Below are positions 1 through 9,194 of a DNA stretch of 32,000 nt, piece after piece. A model generated the notes under the pieces. The model ran no database searches, had not been told where the DNA came from, and saw nothing but the letters and a program-made list of their open reading frames with translations. Numbering within the stretch: position 1 is the first letter of the stretch; the number at the start of each line of letters is the position of its first letter. The DNA is taken from positions 1 through 32,000 of the forward strand of contig JAJRZD010000125.1 of NCBI GenBank assembly GCA_024275415.1, in the 5' to 3' direction. The translations under genes and the position numbers were made by a program. Origin of the DNA: an archaeon. GTDB taxonomy: Archaea > Asgardarchaeota > Thorarchaeia > Thorarchaeales > Thorarchaeaceae.

Positions 1-1107
1 TCCTGACTCCACCTCCATCGTGATATCCTTCAGGATGTAGTCCTGTTGCAAATAGCTGAAGTAGACATGATTGAATGTGATTTTGCCCTGTATCTCGTGT
101 TCAATAGGGTTCTGGGGGTCATGTACACTGTATTTGTAGTCCAAGATATAGAACGCTCGCTCAACAGATGCTGAAGCCCTTTGGTACATTCCGACCGACC
201 ATGAAAGGAATCTGGCTGGAAGCATCAGCATCCCAATGAGTGTGACAAATCCCACAAAGACGCCATATGTCAGGTCGCCCAAGATGTAGGAGTATCCGCC
301 GACATAGATGAGCAGCCCTATCACAAGTCCGAAGAGTGTGGGGAGCAATGGTCTATAGAACGCAAACAACCGGAATGCCTCGATCCTTGTTTCCGTGAAT
401 TTCCGGTTCTCCTCCTCGACACGCTTGGCTTCTCTCTCGCCGGCTGCATAGGACTTTATGACCTTCATCCCAATGATATTCTCGGCAAGGACGGAGCTGA
501 GACTCCCGTATTGCTCTCGTGCCTGATAGAACACGGGCCGGACCTTTCTTGCGAAGCTATAGATGAAGAAGAACATTATCGGGATGATTAGCAACATATA
601 TCCCGTGATAAGAGGACTTAGCGAATACATGGCGACATAGACGCCCAGCGTCATTATGATCCCGATGAAGATTATCCTGTAACCCCAGTACGTGAATTCC
701 CTGATCTGTGTCACATCAGTTGTGACCCGTGCGAGGATCTGACCACTTTCTTCAAGGTCATAAAATGCCATATCCTTCTCCATCAACGCGTGATAGAGGT
801 CTCGACGGATGTCATAGATGATATTCTGGGAAAATATCGCAGCACCATATCTCCCAGCAACATCAAATAACATATACAGGACTGCCAAAGACAGGTAAAG
901 CAGAACCTGCGGGATGAGAAGATCATATTGACCTCCGTAAATCGTTTCATCAATGATGTCTACCATTACCAGAGGGGTGAGGATGTTGAATACCTGCCCA
1001 ATACCCGCAAAGGCAAGGAACCCAAAACACAGTTTCTTATGTCGTAGTGCATATCCGTTCAACCTTCTCATGTAGCCCATAATCCAGCCCCTCTTATCGC
1101 CGTGCAT
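1..1107 (-). CDS. ABC exporter, fused transmembrane + nucleotide-binding domain (multidrug/lipid type); runs off the left edge
   Basis: Manual translation from ATG at 1107: MHGDKRGWIMGYMRRL..., hydrophobic helices, FYDLEESGQILARVTTD (ABC_membrane-like), ending ...FSYLQQDYILKDITMEVESG at base 1, which is the typical run-up to Walker A. Absent from the ORF track because it is truncated. Confidence 0.9.
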   Translation of the reverse strand, partial: MHGDKRGWIMGYMRRLNGYALRHKKLCFGFLAFAGIGQVFNILTPLVMVDIIDETIYGGQYDLLIPQVLLYLSLAVLYMLFDVAGRYGAAIFSQNIIYDIRRDLYHALMEKDMAFYDLEESGQILARVTTDVTQIREFTYWGYRIIFIGIIMTLGVYVAMYSLSPLITGYMLLIIPIMFFFIYSFARKVRPVFYQAREQYGSLSSVLAENIIGMKVIKSYAAGEREAKRVEEENRKFTETRIEAFRLFAFYRPLLPTLFGLVIGLLIYVGGYSYILGDLTYGVFVGFVTLIGMLMLPARFLSWSVGMYQRASASVERAFYILDYKYSVHDPQNPIEHEIQGKITFNHVYFSYLQQDYILKDITMEVESG

Positions 1108-1148
1108 TTGCTATGATAAGACTTGCGTATCGTGCCATATGCTTTTTA

Positions 1149-1562
1149 TCAACCACAAGCATCTGCGAGGTCTTCTCCAAGTTTGCTACACGCAGCAAGC
1201 TGCTCTTCGTTTGGATAATCCTTGACTTTCAGAGGTTCTCCTATCATCTTGCCCCCCTTCCCGACCAGCCCTTTTGCTATCTCGTCTGGCGCCTCACCGC
1301 TCCACCCGAATGACCCAAACGCAGCTGTGGGAATGCCATTCAATTCACTCATCTCTGCGAGGATCTGCTTGACCTTTGGTAAGGTACGTTTCATCCGTGT
1401 CGAGCTTCCCACCGCGAGGGCACAGGCTCCCTCGATACCATTGAACTCTTTGGCATCAACAAGTTCGCACTCTTTTCCCTTGGCTTTCACTCCTTCGCAT
1501 ATCGCCTGAGCCATCGCCTTTGTCCGTCCACGCGTGGATTCGAATATGACAATCACTTTCAC
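1149..1562 (-). CDS. Short-chain flavodoxin / flavodoxin-domain protein
   Basis: FESTRGRTKAMA FMN phosphate loop, AVGSST, AFGSFGWSGEA; GTG start. Confidence 0.9.
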   Translation of the reverse strand: MKVIVIFESTRGRTKAMAQAICEGVKAKGKECELVDAKEFNGIEGACALAVGSSTRMKRTLPKVKQILAEMSELNGIPTAAFGSFGWSGEAPDEIAKGLVGKGGKMIGEPLKVKDYPNEEQLAACSKLGEDLADACG

Positions 1563-1658
1563 GATGATTACCTTCCTTTGCGTGAATAGACACGTATTAC
1601 GGAAGAACTAAAGCGTATTGGAGTGGTCGTTCTCACTACACTATCTTGGTGAAATCTC

Positions 1659-2330
1659 TTGTTATCCATTCAAACAAAAGCAGAGAAGATTTGTGAACTG
1701 TTGATTGAGAACTATGGAAACACTATCGTGGAACGGGAGATGGAGCCAATTGATGAACTCGTTTTGGCCATACTCAGCCAGAACACCACTGATGTGAACA
1801 TGTTCAGGGCATTTGAGAACCTCAAAGCTGTATATCCCACTTGGGAACAAGTCCTTGCAACTTCTGAAGGTGAGCTGGCTGAGGTCATCAAACCGTCCGG
1901 TTTTTTTCATGTCAAGGCAAATCGCATTCAAGCCACACTTAACGAGATACATCGCAGAGTAGGACGGCTCGATATCTCCCACCTCAAAGACATGCCACTG
2001 CCAGATGCCAAAAAATGGTTGACCTCATTGCATGGCGTGGGCCCGAAGACCGCTTCAATCGTCCTCCTGTTCTGCTTTGGCAAGGCGACATTACCTGTGG
2101 ACACACACGTATGGCGAGTGACAAAGAGATTGGGTCTTATCCCAGAGAAGACGAGCAGAGAGTCCGCTCAGCCTCTCCTCGAGGAGATACTCCCTCACGA
2201 CTGTATCTACTCGCTGAATCACAATCTCATCAGGCATGGTCGAGAGGTATGTCTGGCAAGACGTCCACGATGTGCTTCCTGTATCCTGCAAGGTGAGTGT
2301 GATTACTTCCAAAAGACGACATGCCACTAG
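1659..2330 (+). CDS. nth: Endonuclease III (HhH-GPD DNA glycosylase/AP lyase with [4Fe-4S])
   Basis: ILSQNTTD, HhH LHGVGPKTA with catalytic Lys, VDTHV with catalytic Asp, C-terminal CLARRPRCASCILQGEC cluster; TTG start 6 nt after GGTGA. Confidence 0.93.
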   Translation: MLSIQTKAEKICELLIENYGNTIVEREMEPIDELVLAILSQNTTDVNMFRAFENLKAVYPTWEQVLATSEGELAEVIKPSGFFHVKANRIQATLNEIHRRVGRLDISHLKDMPLPDAKKWLTSLHGVGPKTASIVLLFCFGKATLPVDTHVWRVTKRLGLIPEKTSRESAQPLLEEILPHDCIYSLNHNLIRHGREVCLARRPRCASCILQGECDYFQKTTCH

Positions 2331-2345
2331 GAATGATAACGTCAA

Positions 2346-2368
2346 GCAAGGAACTAGGTGTTTCTTGC
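2346..2368 (+). terminator. Possible stem-loop downstream of nth
   Basis: GCAAGGAAC-TAGGT-GTTTCTTGC: 9-bp stem with one G-U pair, 15 nt after the stop. No U-tract follows. Confidence 0.3.
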
Positions 2369-2515
2369 AGATGAGGTTCACTCACAATCCCTTGCAAGAA
2401 CTATGCTATTTGATATCCTTTGCGTCTGAATGGCTGTTGTTAGAACAACAGCTTCAAAAGGTACTGCCCTTTTTGTATAGTCTGCTATCTATACAAAACA
2501 GGTGATTGTCACCAA

Positions 2516-3832
2516 ATGCTCGAAGTGGGACCTCTTCTCATCATCGGCGCTGCTCTAGTTCTTTCGTTTGGCGGTGCCACCATCATGAGAAGGGTGGGGA
2601 TTCCTCAAATCCTTGGGTTCATGTTAGCAGGGGTCTTTCTTGCCCTGACCGGATTGTTCACTCCAGAGTTGAGGGAATCACTATTTCCTGTTGTGGATCT
2701 TGCTTTGGGACTTATTGGATACAACATAGGGATGGAGATACGCAAGGATATTTTTGCTGGGAAAGTTCGTCGGATGGGCGTGATTCTTCTATTCGAGTCT
2801 ATCCTCACGTTCCTCCTTGTATCCCTTTTGGCATACTGGATCACTAATCAGCTTCATATCGCCGTGGTCTTTGGTGCAGTAGCGGCTGCAACAGACCCCG
2901 CATCCACGGTCATGGTGATCTGGGAACGTCATTGTAAGGGGACATTAACTGATACTCTCATGTTCGTGCTAGCGTTGGATGACGTTGTTGCAATCGTCTT
3001 GGCAAACGTGGCGATTTCCCTCGCAGTGATTTTCTATGCGGTTCCCGGCACAGTCACCGTGCTAGGTGCACTGTTAATCACATCCTTTGACCTGATTTTC
3101 TCAGTGCTAGTAGGTTCTATTGCTGGCTTTGGAATGGTACGGTTCATTAACGCTGAGAAGGATCGCAATCGGCTTCTGGAGTTGGAACTTGGGATCATCA
3201 TCTTGCTTGTGGGTATAATGAATTTCTTCGAGATTAACGCTATTCTCACAAGCATGGTATTCGGTTTTGTCGTAGGAAATTGGGTAGAGCCAGAGAAGGA
3301 TCCTGTCAATCACACGCTGAACTCTATCATGTCCCCTGTCGTCATGATATTCTTCGTATTCGTGGGTGCTTCTATCGACCTGTCAGTCCTGCTTCTTCCG
3401 TCAATCATCATCCTTGCGATAGCGTACGTGCTTGGTAGAAGTGTCGCCAAATACATTGGTGCGTACACTGGAGCGAGAATAAGCAGGACCGATCCCATGA
3501 CAACAAAATACCTTGGACTATGCCTCATGTCGCAGGCCGGGGTCGCAGTCGGCCTCACACTTGTTGTTGAACGGAGTTTCCTCGCTATCAATGACCCGGC
3601 CGCTGCTGCTGCTGGCATATTGATACTGAACGTGGTTGCATTGACCACGATGATCCTACAGGTCATCGGCCCCATATCTGCGCAGATTGGTCTTGAGCGG
3701 GCAGGAGAGACCCCCGCGAATCTCACAGCAATAACCGATTTCGAGTTCTTTGAGGATGATACACTTCCTGCAAAGGCATCTGCCAACCCTTCGGCAAACC
3801 TTACAGGCGAAGAAACGGACTTTCAGGAGTAA
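2516..3832 (+). CDS. Cation:proton antiporter (Na+/H+ exchanger, CPA family)
   Basis: About 12 hydrophobic segments, AAATDPA and LALDDVVAI motifs, GLCLMSQAGVAVGL; AGGTGA upstream. Confidence 0.9.
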   Translation: MLEVGPLLIIGAALVLSFGGATIMRRVGIPQILGFMLAGVFLALTGLFTPELRESLFPVVDLALGLIGYNIGMEIRKDIFAGKVRRMGVILLFESILTFLLVSLLAYWITNQLHIAVVFGAVAAATDPASTVMVIWERHCKGTLTDTLMFVLALDDVVAIVLANVAISLAVIFYAVPGTVTVLGALLITSFDLIFSVLVGSIAGFGMVRFINAEKDRNRLLELELGIIILLVGIMNFFEINAILTSMVFGFVVGNWVEPEKDPVNHTLNSIMSPVVMIFFVFVGASIDLSVLLLPSIIILAIAYVLGRSVAKYIGAYTGARISRTDPMTTKYLGLCLMSQAGVAVGLTLVVERSFLAINDPAAAAAGILILNVVALTTMILQVIGPISAQIGLERAGETPANLTAITDFEFFEDDTLPAKASANPSANLTGEETDFQE

Positions 3833-3881
3833 GCAGGAACATCCAATTGGCTTATCTGTCAGTTTCCCAACTATTGCTATC

Positions 3882-4178
3882 ATGAACGATTCGAAGTGCA
3901 TCCGTTCTGAGCCGTGGCATGTCCTTTGCAAGGTCATCAAACAGGAAGGAGAATGTGCAGCCGGACACAAGGTCGGCGATGAGGTTCTATTCACAGTGAA
4001 CGGGATTAAAGGCAACCTCTGCATCAGCGCATTGTATTCGGTTCTTCCCAAGGTATTTGCGATGATGTTCAACGCCAATTTTCCATGGCTTGATGACCAG
4101 TGCAAGGCAATCCATGCCTGCCCCGATCCTTACAATCCAGTCGTCCTAGAACTATCTCGGGTCGAGCCTGAGCAGTAG
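3882..4178 (+). CDS. TIGR04076-like small Cys protein
   Basis: Start moved to ATG 3882 to remove the overlap with the antiporter. Motifs CAAGHKVGD, LCISA and ACPDPYNPVVLEL. Confidence 0.75.
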   Translation: MNDSKCIRSEPWHVLCKVIKQEGECAAGHKVGDEVLFTVNGIKGNLCISALYSVLPKVFAMMFNANFPWLDDQCKAIHACPDPYNPVVLELSRVEPEQ

Positions 4179-4179
4179 T

Positions 4180-4536
4180 CTATTCGTAGAATATCTCGTC
4201 TTCATCAATGGCAGACCTGTTTCTTAGCTCAGGATAGGTTTCTATCAGATCCTCAAGGACGGCATCTTCCTCAGGCCGATTGGTCATGTAGATTGTCAGC
4301 CTACCGAACCATCCGCAATCAAGACAGTAATATGCTGGCTGGAAAGCACCAATATATCCTAAATCTGCAGATGTGAGTTGAACCAGCCTCACGCTCTTGC
4401 AATTAGGGCACAGCTGAATGTCGGCATCAATTCCTCTTCGCTTGAAATCGTCGAGAGTTTCTTTGACCAACAACAATCTCCGCAGTTCTCGTAGTTCCTT
4501 CTCCGAAAGATGTCCAAGAGTCTGAGACCGTGACAA
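4180..4536 (-). CDS. Zinc-ribbon hypothetical protein
   Basis: CPNC ... YYCLDCGW Cys pairs, acidic C-terminus; TTG start after GGGGA. Confidence 0.7.
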   Translation of the reverse strand: MSRSQTLGHLSEKELRELRRLLLVKETLDDFKRRGIDADIQLCPNCKSVRLVQLTSADLGYIGAFQPAYYCLDCGWFGRLTIYMTNRPEEDAVLEDLIETYPELRNRSAIDEDEIFYE

Positions 4537-4649
4537 AATAATTCCCCAATCTAAGAGGCACTCGTTGTGTTATACGGCTTTCGTTGCATACTGTATCCCT
4601 CTTAATGAGTCGTCGTTCTCACATCCACCTTCTTTCGCAGTGCAAGTGA

Positions 4650-4656
4650 TTTATAA
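4650..4656. promoter_or_regulatory. TATA-box candidate in the divergent intergenic region
   Basis: TTTATAA between the divergent 4536(-) and 4757(+) starts. The TTATAA core is palindromic. Confidence 0.4.
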
Positions 4657-4756
4657 CTCTTCAAAGAATGTGAATTTTGAGCGGGCGCGCAAAGGATGCT
4701 GTGAGAGGAGAACCCAATAGAATTCTTGCCCGGTCGGTGGAAATAGGTGTATCACA

Positions 4757-5251
4757 TTGAACCCCATCTCTGAGAGCATGTGGAAACGGCTTGATGTGGC
4801 ACTCATCATCCTAACAGTGGGTGTGCTGTCTGGCGCAATTTGGGTCTGGTTGCTTGCCATGCCCATACCGCGTGAAACCGTGTTTCTTGCTGCGACCATT
4901 GCGCTGTTCATCGCATTGGTTCTTGTGGTAAATGTGGCTGTCCTTGTTGTGCTAAGGCTTCAGCATAGGGTGTCTCATCTAGAGAGGATGATGGCACCGC
5001 AGGAAGTCACCCCTCAAAGATATGAGCCAGAAGTGATAGTCGTGACCCTCACAAACACCGAGCGAAGAGTGATCAACAGACTTGAGGAGAATGGTGGGAG
5101 CCTTGCACAGGACGAATTGCGAAGAGCGACAGGATTGAGCAGGTCTACCTTAAGCGTCACACTGAAAGGACTTGAGAGGAAAGCTCTAGTTTCTAGGGCA
5201 GAATCCGGTAGAACCAAGATTGTCCGATTGGAACGGAGAGTGCCCAGATGA
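4757..5251 (+). CDS. Membrane-anchored winged-helix DNA-binding protein (two TM helices + C-terminal wHTH)
   Basis: Two hydrophobic helices, then LTNTERRVINRLEENGGSLAQDELRRATGLSRSTLSVTLKGLERKALVSRAESGRTKIVRL. TTG start 6 nt after AGGTGT. Confidence 0.85.
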   Translation: MNPISESMWKRLDVALIILTVGVLSGAIWVWLLAMPIPRETVFLAATIALFIALVLVVNVAVLVVLRLQHRVSHLERMMAPQEVTPQRYEPEVIVVTLTNTERRVINRLEENGGSLAQDELRRATGLSRSTLSVTLKGLERKALVSRAESGRTKIVRLERRVPR

Positions 5252-5309
5252 TCACGATTGAACTGTTCACAGATACTACCTATTACCGTTTCCTGCACAG
5301 GATGAATTA

Positions 5310-5329
5310 CACGATTTATCGTGGAGGTG
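5310..5329 (+). promoter_or_regulatory. Palindrome CACGAT-TT-ATCGTG abutting the GGAGGTG ribosome-binding site
   Basis: Inverted repeat at 5310-5323 and SD GGAGGTG at 5323-5329, 6 nt before ATG 5336. The SD is clear; an operator role is speculative. Confidence 0.45.
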
Positions 5330-5335
5330 TATTGA

Positions 5336-7114
5336 ATGAATAAACAACACTTGAAATACACACTAGCAATCATCATCCTTGGAACTCTGCTATTTAGCGC
5401 GCAGCCGGTCGCAGGATCTCCTGTGAACCGCATGACTCCCGCTCAAATAGTGGATCCATTCGAGGAGATGATGACCGGAGTCTATGCCGCTACACAGTGG
5501 TGGAACGAGTCAAGTGATGATTGGGGTGATACCAATTTCACGGGTTCCTACGACCACTACTATCCTGTCGAGGATACTAGTGGTAACGTGTACTGGATTC
5601 GTGAGCAGGACACCTATGACATCTATGACGAATGGAACTTTTCGAATCTTCTTGTCGTCATCATTCTTGATCCAGATGCGTCAGTGATGGCATGGCTGGC
5701 AGAGAATCCTGATGGTGCTCCCACATATCCCGATGAGAACAGTACCTTCTCTGAGCCTGTATATTACGAGGTCGTAGATCCCAACACAGGCACATCATAC
5801 TTTGACCTCTGGACGCTCTTTTGGAGTCCGCCAGTTGAAGCCATGACGGGAGACGAGGTGTTCGTCTATTCCTCCTTCTATTTTAGCTATTACTACACGG
5901 ATTACTACTACCAGACCAACTTTACTTGGTACGATGACGACATGGTGGAGGTTGACCCCAACGATATTATCCCAGTGCTTGCCGATGATTACGAATGGGC
6001 ATCTTGGATGAACGAGTCTTGGACATATGACGACGAGTGGTCATACTATGGTTTTGGCTATGACATCTCAGAGATGACAAAGGCTGGTGACCAGCTTCAG
6101 TGGATGAACCATTATTACTCGGGCATGAGCGCCTATAACGATTCCAACAGGAATGGTATTATGGACATGGTGTACAAAGAGGTGGAATACGACTTTGACA
6201 ATGATGGAGTAGTCGACTGGACGACATACGTCATAGATGCTGAGAATTCCGAGAAGGTCTTTGACTTCTACTCCGATAGTGCGACCCTTGGAGAAATCAA
6301 TCTCCCAGCGCTGAATGACGCTGGTCAGATCGAGTGGAGTGCCGAGGTCGTGAATGTGAAAGGTGACTTCTGGGAATATACTCCCTGGGAGGCTCTTTGG
6401 ATGGATGATTCACTAAACGTGTCCGAGGGCTATGTTGAACCGGAGTATATTCCTGTCGAAGTAGAGTATCTTGAGATGGTGTATCGATTCGAGGTCACTG
6501 AAGATGCGGCTGTTGTTAAGATCGATCAGCTGATTGGCGACTTCACTGATCCCGTGACCGGTCAACCAGTTCCTGAGCTTGAAGGGTTGGGATTGACAAT
6601 GAACTACTGGAGTTCATTCTCAAGCTACACGATCACCCCTGAAACATCAGAAGGGTCGCTTGACTATGGTGGTGTCTATGAGGCAGAACCAGCACCTGAT
6701 GGCAATCTGGAGTTCGTTCAGGAGAATACGAGTGAACTCATATCCGTCAGCTTTGGAGGCACCTATGTCTGGGAATACGATGGAGCGACATACGATGTTG
6801 GCACCATAATCCTCCCTGACTACTATTCCTACGGCTACGCCTATATGGAAGGTTCCTATGATTCAGCCAGCATTTCTGCACAGGATACGAGCTGGGCATA
6901 CAGCACTTTCTACTATAGTTCGTGCTACTCCAATTGGGACGGCTATGCAATCGTACACGACCCCATCTATGCAGTCTATCCAACAATCGCACCCGGACAA
7001 GTATCTGGTGTGATGAGCGGACTTGTCACCGCATCTCTGGCAATCGGGATTGTCGGCATCGCCGCAATTGCGATAGTATTCACACGTAGTTACAGCATTC
7101 GAAAACTGAAATAG
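5336..7114 (+). CDS. Secreted, C-terminally anchored acidic surface (glyco)protein
   Basis: N-terminal signal peptide, body rich in Asp/Glu/Tyr/Trp, many N-x-S/T sequons, DxDxDG-like loops, IVHDP motif, then a TM helix and basic tail RSYSIRKLK. Confidence 0.85.
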   Translation: MNKQHLKYTLAIIILGTLLFSAQPVAGSPVNRMTPAQIVDPFEEMMTGVYAATQWWNESSDDWGDTNFTGSYDHYYPVEDTSGNVYWIREQDTYDIYDEWNFSNLLVVIILDPDASVMAWLAENPDGAPTYPDENSTFSEPVYYEVVDPNTGTSYFDLWTLFWSPPVEAMTGDEVFVYSSFYFSYYYTDYYYQTNFTWYDDDMVEVDPNDIIPVLADDYEWASWMNESWTYDDEWSYYGFGYDISEMTKAGDQLQWMNHYYSGMSAYNDSNRNGIMDMVYKEVEYDFDNDGVVDWTTYVIDAENSEKVFDFYSDSATLGEINLPALNDAGQIEWSAEVVNVKGDFWEYTPWEALWMDDSLNVSEGYVEPEYIPVEVEYLEMVYRFEVTEDAAVVKIDQLIGDFTDPVTGQPVPELEGLGLTMNYWSSFSSYTITPETSEGSLDYGGVYEAEPAPDGNLEFVQENTSELISVSFGGTYVWEYDGATYDVGTIILPDYYSYGYAYMEGSYDSASISAQDTSWAYSTFYYSSCYSNWDGYAIVHDPIYAVYPTIAPGQVSGVMSGLVTASLAIGIVGIAAIAIVFTRSYSIRKLK

Positions 7115-7140
7115 GGAAGAGCATCTCTTCCCCTTTTTTT
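7114..7140 (+). terminator. Hairpin + oligo-T terminator
   Basis: GGGAAGAG-CAT-CTCTTCCC perfect 8-bp stem starting at the stop codon, followed by a T run and CTATTTTT. Confidence 0.8.
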
Positions 7141-7366
7141 CTATTTTTGTGCTTCTGTATCCTTTTATCGTTCATTGCAAGTTGTACAAGCTTTGACACC
7201 AGAGTGTTGTACTCCCAGACAACGACACTGGGTGGACTCTGTGAGGCCGTTTGTGTTTCATGTCCGACTTCATACTCCTATATGAGTGGTCGAGAACATA
7301 AAACCGTAGCTCACCCTATAATTTACTTCGAGTGTCCATCTAAGGGATGTCCAAGTTTGGGCAAGT

Positions 7367-7915
7367 CTAGCGCAGCTGTTGGTAACCCTCAAGGAACTCT
7401 TCAATCCGTTTCTTGATATGGTCGCAAAGCGATTCGAGCTCTCCTCTTAGAGCAGAGTCGATATCTATTCTCCCTTCGAGGATTGCGACTCTATGCTGGA
7501 CTTGCAGGTCTTCGTTGTAGTGCGTGATGTCAGAGTATATGTCCCACAACTTTCTGCGGTGTTCCTTGCATAGGTACTCAGCCCGCCCGGATCGGATCCC
7601 AAGAAGCCAGAATCCCTTTCGTAACGGGATTCCTTTCCCGATAAGCGTCAGGTTGACACGTAGCTCCTCTATGAGATCCTCCAACAGGCTCTGTCCTGTG
7701 TTCTTATTGCTCCGTGATTTCATCATCTCTGATAGAGACGTTCCAGCCAGCACGCCCAAGAAGATAGATAGAAGCCTGTAGCCATTCGATAGCATATATT
7801 CCACGCTTGTCGGAAAGACTGTCCCATCTGGGATTAGCAAATTGATGAAGATTACAACACTCCCTACGATAATCACGACAACAAATGATAGCGACCATAA
7901 TCTCATGTCATCCAT
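7367..7915 (-). CDS. Hypothetical membrane-anchored protein (two N-terminal TM helices + helical soluble domain)
   Basis: Start moved to ATG 7915, which leaves room for a divergent promoter before 8060. No family recognised. Confidence 0.6.
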   Translation of the reverse strand: MDDMRLWSLSFVVVIIVGSVVIFINLLIPDGTVFPTSVEYMLSNGYRLLSIFLGVLAGTSLSEMMKSRSNKNTGQSLLEDLIEELRVNLTLIGKGIPLRKGFWLLGIRSGRAEYLCKEHRRKLWDIYSDITHYNEDLQVQHRVAILEGRIDIDSALRGELESLCDHIKKRIEEFLEGYQQLR

Positions 7916-8059
7916 AGGTTTCACATCTGACTCCAATATGCAGTTTCCTCTAAGAATCATTCGGGAGCATCCACAACATACCATCAACCTTTGAAGGATG
8001 CGCGAAAACTTTTCATAGCTGTTTTGTTCATCAACTCCTGCGTCAAAGGAGGATCTAAA

Positions 8060-9079
8060 ATGAAGCACGCCAAAAGTATCATTATAGGAGTCCTAGTCCT
8101 TTTCATGATATACGCCATCCCCGTCGTTCACTCCATTCCCGTGAGTCGTGCAACACCAGTCATTTCAGACTGGCCGGGTGGCTTGATTATCGACCATACA
8201 TGTATCGACTTGGAATCAATACCGGCTGAGTGGATTCAGGCTGCACAAACCAATGTCAGAGTGCATTATGCTCACACAAGCCATGGCAGTCAGATAACCA
8301 CGGGTCTGACACGAATCGAATCGGCTGATGCAACCTATAGTCAGGTGTCTATCACAGGATCACTGCCCACTGAAGAGGGAGCATTGTGCATCCTCGACGG
8401 AAATCCCCCTCATTCCTACATCACGCCTGACCTGTATTGGGAAACGGACGATGGCATTGCCATCACGCAGCAGACACTAGATGACAATCCGACAATCACA
8501 GTTTCGATGTGGGCGTGGTGTACCCAGCTCAATTACTACGACAGCACTGCTGTCCAACAATATCTGGATGCAATGAGTGCTCTTGAAGAAGCCAATCCTG
8601 ATGTGACCTTTGTTTATATGACATGCAATGCTCAAGCAAGTGATGCGGAAGGTTATAATCGATGGCTCAACAATGAGATAATCCGAGAGTATTGCGCCAC
8701 GAACAACAAGGTTCTTTTCGATTTCGCAGACCTTGACGCATGGAGCAATGGTGAGCAGAACACCTACCAATACAGCGTGGATGGAACGACATACACTGTC
8801 CCCCTTGAGCACGAAGATTTTAACGGCGATCAAGCCGGACATACCACATATACGAGCTGCGAGCAGAAAGGCAGAGCCTTCTGGTGGCTTGTGGCAAGTC
8901 TGGCAGGTTGGAATGCGCCCACGGTTTCAAGTACAGGGGCATCAAGTGACACGGCAACCGGGATCAGTTCGAAGCCTGCACTTGGCTCATCAGACTATCT
9001 CTTCCTAGGTACGACACTAGGGCTGGTTGCGGTTCTTGTTGTTGTGACAGTTCTGTACAACAAACACCTGAATCGATGA
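8060..9079 (+). CDS. Secreted, membrane-anchored SGNH/GDSL-like hydrolase
   Basis: AAGGAGG SD before ATG 8060; signal peptide; HYAHTSHGSQ (block I-like), FDFADLD, DQAGH (block V-like); S/T linker and C-terminal TM helix. The fold call is by motif resemblance only. Confidence 0.6.
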   Translation: MKHAKSIIIGVLVLFMIYAIPVVHSIPVSRATPVISDWPGGLIIDHTCIDLESIPAEWIQAAQTNVRVHYAHTSHGSQITTGLTRIESADATYSQVSITGSLPTEEGALCILDGNPPHSYITPDLYWETDDGIAITQQTLDDNPTITVSMWAWCTQLNYYDSTAVQQYLDAMSALEEANPDVTFVYMTCNAQASDAEGYNRWLNNEIIREYCATNNKVLFDFADLDAWSNGEQNTYQYSVDGTTYTVPLEHEDFNGDQAGHTTYTSCEQKGRAFWWLVASLAGWNAPTVSSTGASSDTATGISSKPALGSSDYLFLGTTLGLVAVLVVVTVLYNKHLNR

Positions 9080-9194
9080 GTTACCAGTGTTTCAGGCTTG
9101 GACTTCTGTCTGGATTGGTGTGTTGCCTAACCGAGCGGGCAGCACTCACGCCAGACTTAAGTTCACGCATGGCTTGACATCCGTGGAGAATACC

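Noticed and set aside
1146-1157. Flavodoxin ends TGT GGT TGA TAA, which could read Cys-Gly-Sec-stop
   Set aside because: Only about 40 nt separate it from the next gene, no SECIS-like hairpin is visible, flavodoxins have no known C-terminal Sec, and tandem stops are common.
7141-7416. ORF 7147-7416(+) and a 33-codon minus-strand ORF in the gap after the terminator
   Set aside because: No properly spaced SD, no recognisable motif, and the plus ORF starts inside the terminator T-tract and overlaps the next gene.
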